The notes under the pieces are model-generated. The model searched no databases. It was not told the origin of the DNA and saw only the letters and a program-made list of their open reading frames with translations. The position numbers were made by a program, and so were the translations under genes. A stretch of DNA of 21,636 nt, from positions 1,741 to 23,376 of the forward strand of contig JAOPTW010000059.1 of assembly GCA_051532035.1 (NCBI GenBank), in the 5' to 3' direction. Shown here piece after piece: positions 16,364 through 21,636 of the stretch; the stretch's first letter is position 1; each line of letters begins with the position of its first letter. Origin of the DNA: Fibrobacterales bacterium. GTDB lineage: Bacteria > Fibrobacterota > Fibrobacteria > Fibrobacterales > JAOPTW01.

Positions 16364-17566
16364 ATGAAAAATATATTTTGGGTTTTAATAATAATAATAA
16401 TGGGTGGATGTATGAATACTTTCAATAAAGAAAATTTTAAAGAAATTGAAAACAGTGATACGTTTAATAAAAATTTTGGATCAAAAATTAAATTCTCAAA
16501 CATCGAATGGCCTACTGTAAAAACAAAAGACTTGAAGTTTGATAGTTGCATGTTTGACAATGTTAATTTTATTCATACTCAACTGATTAATTCCACATTC
16601 ACAAATTGTAAATTCAAGGCTGTAAAATTTGAGAATGTTATTTGGGAAGACATCTCATTTGAGAATTGTAGTTTTGATGATGGTGTGTTTAGTAATTTTA
16701 GAGACGTTAAAAATAATAGCTTTACTAACGTTGAATTTATTGGCACAAAATTTAATCGGGGCGATGGTCCAGCAAATCAATCCGGTATGAAAAACAGTTC
16801 TTTTAAGTCAGTTTTATTTGACAATGTATACATTGATGATTTTCGTTTTAAAAAATCGTCTTTTGAAAAGTTATTAATTAAAAATTCAGTTTTAAAAAAT
16901 ATGCATTTAGGAAAAAACACATTTAATAATCCTGTTTTTAAGGATAATAAATATGAAAATATAAAAGTTTGGGGAGGAGAATTAATTAACCCCAAAATTG
17001 AAGAATTCACAATTTTAGAGTTAAGTTTAAATGAAAACATTAGACTTAACTTTGTAACTATTAGTGGTATTGATACGATAATAGCAAGTTCATATGACAA
17101 TGATGGCTTTGATGTCGGAGGTAATACAATAATCAATGACGTTTACTATGACGCTTCAAACCTTAAGGGAAGTTTGTATCCTCCACAAGGCAATAATATT
17201 ACTATTGAAAATTATGATTATTATCAAGATCTGGGTGAATATAAAAATCTTATTTTAGGTATGGATCATTCAGATTCAAAATTTATTAATATAAAGACAT
17301 TTGAAGTATACTTTGCTGAAAATAAAAAATTCATAAATAACATATTTGAAAATATTACAACTAAAAAATGGATTTTTGACGGGCTTTCAAAAGAAGAAAT
17401 AGTTTATCAGGGAAATACACATAAAAATATAGTTGTAGAAAGTCAATTAATACTTCGTAACGTTACATTCAAAGATGTAAACTGGGATGGCTTCGAAGTA
17501 AAACCCGGCGCTGAAATCATAGTTGAAAACGTAACCTGGGATGTAAAACCACCATTCCTCAAATAA
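16364..17566 (+). CDS. Pentapeptide-repeat (beta-helix) lipoprotein, putative immunity protein
   Basis: MKNIFWVLIIIIMGG-C lipobox, pentapeptide periodicity (LKFDS CMFDN VNFIH ... STFTN CKFKA VKFEN VIWED ISFEN CSFDD), and a start 5 nt after the MPP gene stop. Confidence 0.8.
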   Translation: MKNIFWVLIIIIMGGCMNTFNKENFKEIENSDTFNKNFGSKIKFSNIEWPTVKTKDLKFDSCMFDNVNFIHTQLINSTFTNCKFKAVKFENVIWEDISFENCSFDDGVFSNFRDVKNNSFTNVEFIGTKFNRGDGPANQSGMKNSSFKSVLFDNVYIDDFRFKKSSFEKLLIKNSVLKNMHLGKNTFNNPVFKDNKYENIKVWGGELINPKIEEFTILELSLNENIRLNFVTISGIDTIIASSYDNDGFDVGGNTIINDVYYDASNLKGSLYPPQGNNITIENYDYYQDLGEYKNLILGMDHSDSKFINIKTFEVYFAENKKFINNIFENITTKKWIFDGLSKEEIVYQGNTHKNIVVESQLILRNVTFKDVNWDGFEVKPGAEIIVENVTWDVKPPFLK

Positions 17567-17573
17567 AGATCAG

Positions 17574-17592
17574 GCCGTCTTCAAAAGACGGC
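17574..17592. terminator. Hairpin between convergent genes
   Basis: GCCGTCTT-CAA-AAGACGGC; no clear U-tract. Confidence 0.45.
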
Positions 17593-17608
17593 GCATAATT
17601 GATTGCAA

Positions 17609-18439
17609 CTACTCATACTTCTGCGCAAGACGCCCACCCGCACCAAAGCTCTCAACGGGACGCAAGTCATTCCACGAATCCTGGCACCAGTTTGTGGTAA
17701 ATTCAGGAGCGTACCGTGTACCTTCTTCTTGACATGAAGCAATTTTCTCAGTCTCATAGGTACTCTTCTTCCAGTAGTACCCTACTTCTAAAACACCTGT
17801 TGTCGTATGCAGATCAAATGAGTCATCCATGGTGACACAGTTATAATGAATCTCAGTAATTTTGTAGCCATCAAAATGTTCCCGCACAACCCCTTTCAAT
17901 AGATCGAGACTTCGTTTAACCTGAGCATCAAATTCGGGTTCATCACTACATCCATTAATGGAGAGTGCACCCTTAAAGGTGTATGTCCCAAAATAGGCAG
18001 TTTGTCGTATGGGAGAAAAAGGGTCCGGAGTAATTTCAGGAATATCCTTAAATATACTTTCGAGTGTCTTCTCCAGAACACGCACCTTTTTTGTGGTCAT
18101 GTATGAATCAATCAAAGAAATAGTGTGACCACTTCTGCCATGCTGAAGCCCAAACTCTTTGTAGCGCATCTCTCTCGGCTGACTCATTCCCGTTCCGAGG
18201 GCATAGAGTGTATATTCACGATAGAGGCGTTCCAACTCTTCGGAATCAATATTAACAAGTAATGAATGGGTCGGCGCAACCTCTGCAACTGTAGCAGTAA
18301 GTTGTTCACGATACTGTTCAGCAAAACTGTCTGGTGATTGACTCATTGTCTGTTCACTTGCAGCGCAAGACGTAAGCTGGGCAAGAACCATAATAGAGAG
18401 TAATCTGCATGCCCATTTTTTATAAGTGTTGTAGTTCAT
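17609..18439 (-). CDS. Hypothetical lipoprotein
   Basis: Likely start at ATG 18439 (MNYNTYKKW...VLAQLTS-C, lipobox). 276 aa, no recognisable domain. Confidence 0.7.
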   Translation of the reverse strand: MNYNTYKKWACRLLSIMVLAQLTSCAASEQTMSQSPDSFAEQYREQLTATVAEVAPTHSLLVNIDSEELERLYREYTLYALGTGMSQPREMRYKEFGLQHGRSGHTISLIDSYMTTKKVRVLEKTLESIFKDIPEITPDPFSPIRQTAYFGTYTFKGALSINGCSDEPEFDAQVKRSLDLLKGVVREHFDGYKITEIHYNCVTMDDSFDLHTTTGVLEVGYYWKKSTYETEKIASCQEEGTRYAPEFTTNWCQDSWNDLRPVESFGAGGRLAQKYE

Positions 18440-18584
18440 TTTTAAAACCAATTCAAAAGAAGTGGCCTATTGTATCCTTATAAAAATGAGGACGCAACGA
18501 GGAAAATGCTCGTATTGAGAAACTTTAAGTCTTTTAGGAGGAGGGAGTTACAAATACTTTTCCAGGTGTAATTTAGAGAATTCT

Positions 18585-19793
18585 TTACTTGCACAGTGTA
18601 ATAAAGTATCGTATACTACCCGATTCTTCTCTCACACATCTAAGGGGATTTCCCCCCAAAACCATCTCATCTACTCTATTCAGTGCCCGCTTTTCAGAGA
18701 GTAACTCCAGCACCTCACCTTCAGTCAGTGATCGTTTTAACCGTACAGCGGATTGGTGAATCAACTGCAGCAACTGTTGTTGCGTTATCTGATCATATTC
18801 CAACTTCTGCTCTTTAAGTAACTGAGCAATAGAACTCAACCCACTATGTTTCCCAAAAACTAACTGAGTCTTTGAAGCCCCAATATCTGACTGAGTAAAG
18901 AGCTGATAGCTCTGAGAGTTTTTTGCCTGGGCATAAGTATGTAATCCCGATTCATGTTGTAACACTGCCGCTCCGGCAATTGGTTTATCGACAGGCAGGG
19001 GCCGACCACTTGCACGAGCAACAGTATGGGAGAGATCATAGAGGTACTGAGTATGATAGCTATCCGTTTGGTCATAACTCAGACGCGCCCCAAGGATCAC
19101 TTCTGCGAGAGAAGCATTCCCCGCGCGTTCACCCAGACCATTAACAGTCACTGAACAGGCCTCTGCACCACTCGTGATTGCAGTCAACGAGTTTGCAGTC
19201 GCCATCCCCAGATCATTATGCCCATGAAATTCTAATAACAGATCGGATACTCGTCTTTTTAAATCAGCAAACAGATCGATAACCTGTGCCGGATTGAGAG
19301 AGCCAACCGTATCGGCAATACGAACACGGTAGGCACCTGACTCTTCTGCCGCCTCAAGATACCGATAGAGAAACTCACGATTGGTACGGCCGGCATCCTG
19401 GGCCCCGAGCGAGACATACGGGAACTGGTCTCGGGCATATGACACCAGTTCAGGAAGTTGCCCCAGTATATCTCGCTCGCTTAGACCCAGGTTTGCTCGA
19501 TGAATAGTCGATGTGGAAAAGCTGATATGGACCCCATCAGTACCACATTTAGCTGCCGCATCTATATCACCGATCCGACCTCTACACCAACTGGAAGTAC
19601 GGAAATGAAACCCCTGGTGTAGTAGTTCGTTAATATCTTCTCTTTCACCCTCACCCATAATAGGGGTCCCGATCTCAACCTCATCAACACCTACTGCATC
19701 AAGCATACGGGCAATAGAGAGTTTTTCATCTACTGAGAAAATCACTCCTGGCGCTTGCTCACCATCACGCAGTGTTGTATCAACCAGGTACAT
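18585..19793 (-). CDS. nifV: Homocitrate synthase
   Basis: DTTLRDGEQAPG, R.R.ADTVG, HGHNDLGMATAN, NGLGERAGNA, HESG.H and GKHSG. It lacks the LeuA regulatory domain and sits in nif context. Confidence 0.9.
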   Translation of the reverse strand: MYLVDTTLRDGEQAPGVIFSVDEKLSIARMLDAVGVDEVEIGTPIMGEGEREDINELLHQGFHFRTSSWCRGRIGDIDAAAKCGTDGVHISFSTSTIHRANLGLSERDILGQLPELVSYARDQFPYVSLGAQDAGRTNREFLYRYLEAAEESGAYRVRIADTVGSLNPAQVIDLFADLKRRVSDLLLEFHGHNDLGMATANSLTAITSGAEACSVTVNGLGERAGNASLAEVILGARLSYDQTDSYHTQYLYDLSHTVARASGRPLPVDKPIAGAAVLQHESGLHTYAQAKNSQSYQLFTQSDIGASKTQLVFGKHSGLSSIAQLLKEQKLEYDQITQQQLLQLIHQSAVRLKRSLTEGEVLELLSEKRALNRVDEMVLGGNPLRCVREESGSIRYFITLCK

Positions 19794-19829
19794 CGGGATT
19801 CCTTTTTATGAGTAACACTGAATAGTACA

Positions 19830-20129
19830 TTACATTGCGTACTCTTCGCAGATTTCACCCTCTTCAACACAATCGAGGATTTTATCAAGGGCCTCTTCAT
19901 CAACATTGGCGTACCATACGTTTTGAGGTTGTACAATAACTATGGGTCCCTTTTCACAGGCTTTCACACAGCCGGTACTCGACACCATGCCATCAATACC
20001 TCGATCAACGATCTCTTCCTCCAGTATTGCCAGTAAGCTTACTGCGTCTTTACGGTTACAGACTCCTTGAGGGTCTCCAGATACTCTAAATGAGTTACAT
20101 ACAAAAAAATGATATTCGGGCTTGTTCAT
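19830..20129 (-). CDS. Thioredoxin-like [2Fe-2S] ferredoxin (nif-associated)
   Basis: FFVCNSFR...GVC...TGCVKACEKGP...P..VWY provides four Cys ligands. AGGAGG RBS; 4-nt overlap with the upstream gene. Confidence 0.9.
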   Translation of the reverse strand: MNKPEYHFFVCNSFRVSGDPQGVCNRKDAVSLLAILEEEIVDRGIDGMVSSTGCVKACEKGPIVIVQPQNVWYANVDEEALDKILDCVEEGEICEEYAM

Positions 20130-20467
20130 AGCTCCTCCTTTTGAATTGCTCTTACGATGTCTAATATTTTTCCGTCAAATACGATGGGTATGATCCCTGC
20201 CTCATGAAGTTTGAGGGCAGGGGTTTTTCCAATCTTACTTATGATCACTTTATCACAGTCATCAATACACTGCTTTACCTTTTCAAATCGAACGTCATTG
20301 AACGGGTGATTATGCGTAGCCAATGCACGAGGGTCAGCATAAGACTCTACCCCACGGCGCTCTTTTTGTGCAGTATGCTTTTTGATACTATAGATGACAA
20401 AACTCTCTGTCTGACCAAAGTGCATATCCACATCAAAGCCATTTTTAGTTGCTACAGCTATTTTCAT
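20126..20467 (-). CDS. NifB/NifX-family FeMo-cofactor-binding protein
   Basis: MKIAVAT..G..VD.HFG....F.IY and DC..VI.SKIG..P...L..AGI motifs. Confidence 0.88.
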   Translation of the reverse strand: MKIAVATKNGFDVDMHFGQTESFVIYSIKKHTAQKERRGVESYADPRALATHNHPFNDVRFEKVKQCIDDCDKVIISKIGKTPALKLHEAGIIPIVFDGKILDIVRAIQKEEL

Positions 20468-20524
20468 TATATACTCCGTTTTATGATAAGAACCCCATTA
20501 AGGTAGGGTACTTACTTTTTAAAA

Positions 20525-21636
20525 CTAGTTACACCCCATTCCATCACCACCACACTCAGTGCCACACTCAAAGGCATCACGCTTTTTGGTAACGAGCTTT
20601 TGTCCTGTATACATTCTCTCTAGAGCTTCTTCGATAAGACCTGATGTCTCCATCACCTGAACCCCAGATTGTTCGAGTATCTCAAGAGGCTTAGGACCAA
20701 CACCACTGACGAGAACAGCACGACAATCTTTTAATGTCTCAGCCATTGCATTCCATCTGGAATCACCCAGCCCAGTCTGTGGTGTTTTTCTAAGATCAAA
20801 CACACGATACCCCTCTTCGTACTGTTCACAGATATAGAGCGTATCAGCCTCACCAAGGTGACAGTTGATCAATATCCCTTCGTGGGTCGCTACTGCAACA
20901 TACGGTCTATCATCTTTATGTGCGCCCACAGCTACCTCTTGTAATAGAGCGAGCATCTCTTGATTGTCATGTCCTAGTTTACCGACCGCATCAGCTCTAC
21001 AGCGATTGCAGTGATCCATAGGCTCAATATATTTTGCTATTTCGCATTTGAGACTACTCATATCCTCATGAGAAGGCTCCTCAACATTTTCAAAAAAGCT
21101 GTTAGAGTTGGGGATAACCGAGATACAGTTCATCAAATCGGCTCCATAACTCTTAACAACTTTGGCAACATCAACGACATGTTTGTCGTTGACTCCAGGC
21201 ATAATTACACTATTTATTTTTACGGTCATACCGCAGGCTTTTAATTTCTCAAGTGCTTCAAACTGTTTTTGCATCATCAGCTCTGCAGCATCGTGACCTC
21301 TATATATTTTCTTCTTGTAGCGCACCCATGCATATATCTCACTAAGTATAACAGGATCAACCGCATTAATCGTAAGAGTCACGTGAGAGACTCCGAGCTC
21401 CTTCAAACGCTCTACATGATCAGCCACATTTAGGCCATTTGACGAGATACAGAAGATCATCTCTGGAAACTCACTCCGTATTAATTCGAGAGTCTCAAGT
21501 GTTTTTTCTGGCTCAGCCATTGGATCACCCGGGCCTGCGATACCGATGGTCGAGAGAGAAGGGTCTTTGGCTGCAATAAGGCGCACATATTCAAGGGCCT
21601 GGCGCGGCTTGAGCACCACACTCGTCACTCCTGGAC
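20525..21636 (-). CDS. nifB: Nitrogenase cofactor biosynthesis protein NifB (radical SAM + NifX-like domain), 5'-truncated by the window edge
   Basis: The frame is open to the window end (..PGVTSVVL.P). Motifs GIAGPGDP, SSNGL, HVT.TINA.D, KINSV..PGVND.H and HC.RCRADA.G.LG, plus C-terminal VAVAT.EG.LIN.HLGEA. Confidence 0.93.
   Translation of the reverse strand, partial: PGVTSVVLKPRQALEYVRLIAAKDPSLSTIGIAGPGDPMAEPEKTLETLELIRSEFPEMIFCISSNGLNVADHVERLKELGVSHVTLTINAVDPVILSEIYAWVRYKKKIYRGHDAAELMMQKQFEALEKLKACGMTVKINSVIMPGVNDKHVVDVAKVVKSYGADLMNCISVIPNSNSFFENVEEPSHEDMSSLKCEIAKYIEPMDHCNRCRADAVGKLGHDNQEMLALLQEVAVGAHKDDRPYVAVATHEGILINCHLGEADTLYICEQYEEGYRVFDLRKTPQTGLGDSRWNAMAETLKDCRAVLVSGVGPKPLEILEQSGVQVMETSGLIEEALERMYTGQKLVTKKRDAFECGTECGGDGMGCN

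Noticed and set aside
12301..17566. Prophage or IS-borne origin for the AT-rich locus
   Set aside because: No integrase, transposase, phage structural gene, tRNA or terminal repeat was seen.
18585..19793. leuA (2-isopropylmalate synthase) assignment
   Set aside because: It lacks the C-terminal regulatory domain and sits downstream of nifB, so nifV fits better.
21626..21628. GTG 21628 as the nifB start
   Set aside because: It is an internal Val of the conserved PGVTS motif. The radical SAM CxxxCxxC motif must lie upstream, outside the window.

Overview
Bacterial chromosomal window, probably Fibrobacterota: it encodes a FISUMP-domain protein, a fibro-slime-domain lipoprotein and a GH5 endoglucanase with a short C-terminal sorting-type tail (taxon is an inference). 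From left to right: the 3' part of a collagen-repeat/FISUMP gene; a ~109-nt palindromic element; pfp; two tandem paralogous lipoproteins; acpH; a conserved hypothetical; a Cys/Asp-repeat fibro-slime lipoprotein; hpt; a membrane protein; the GH5 cellulase; a ~1.2 kb non-coding region; an orphan helical/basic protein; a three-gene LysM-metallophosphoesterase/pentapeptide-lipoprotein locus; a lipoprotein; and the distal end of a nif cluster (nifB, NifX/NifB-like, 2Fe-2S ferredoxin, nifV). There are two main candidate undescribed systems. (1) An array of five degenerate 18-bp palindromes (consensus GATGAGTGCGCACACATC), spaced 63/83/84/83 bp (about 6 or 8 helical turns), lies directly upstream of an uncharacterised helical, Lys/Arg-rich protein (11160-12107). 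(2) A probable polymorphic toxin-immunity module (12301-17566) has an AT-rich core that looks swapped in and a perfect CRP-type box upstream. All calls come from reading motifs by eye; no database searches were run.
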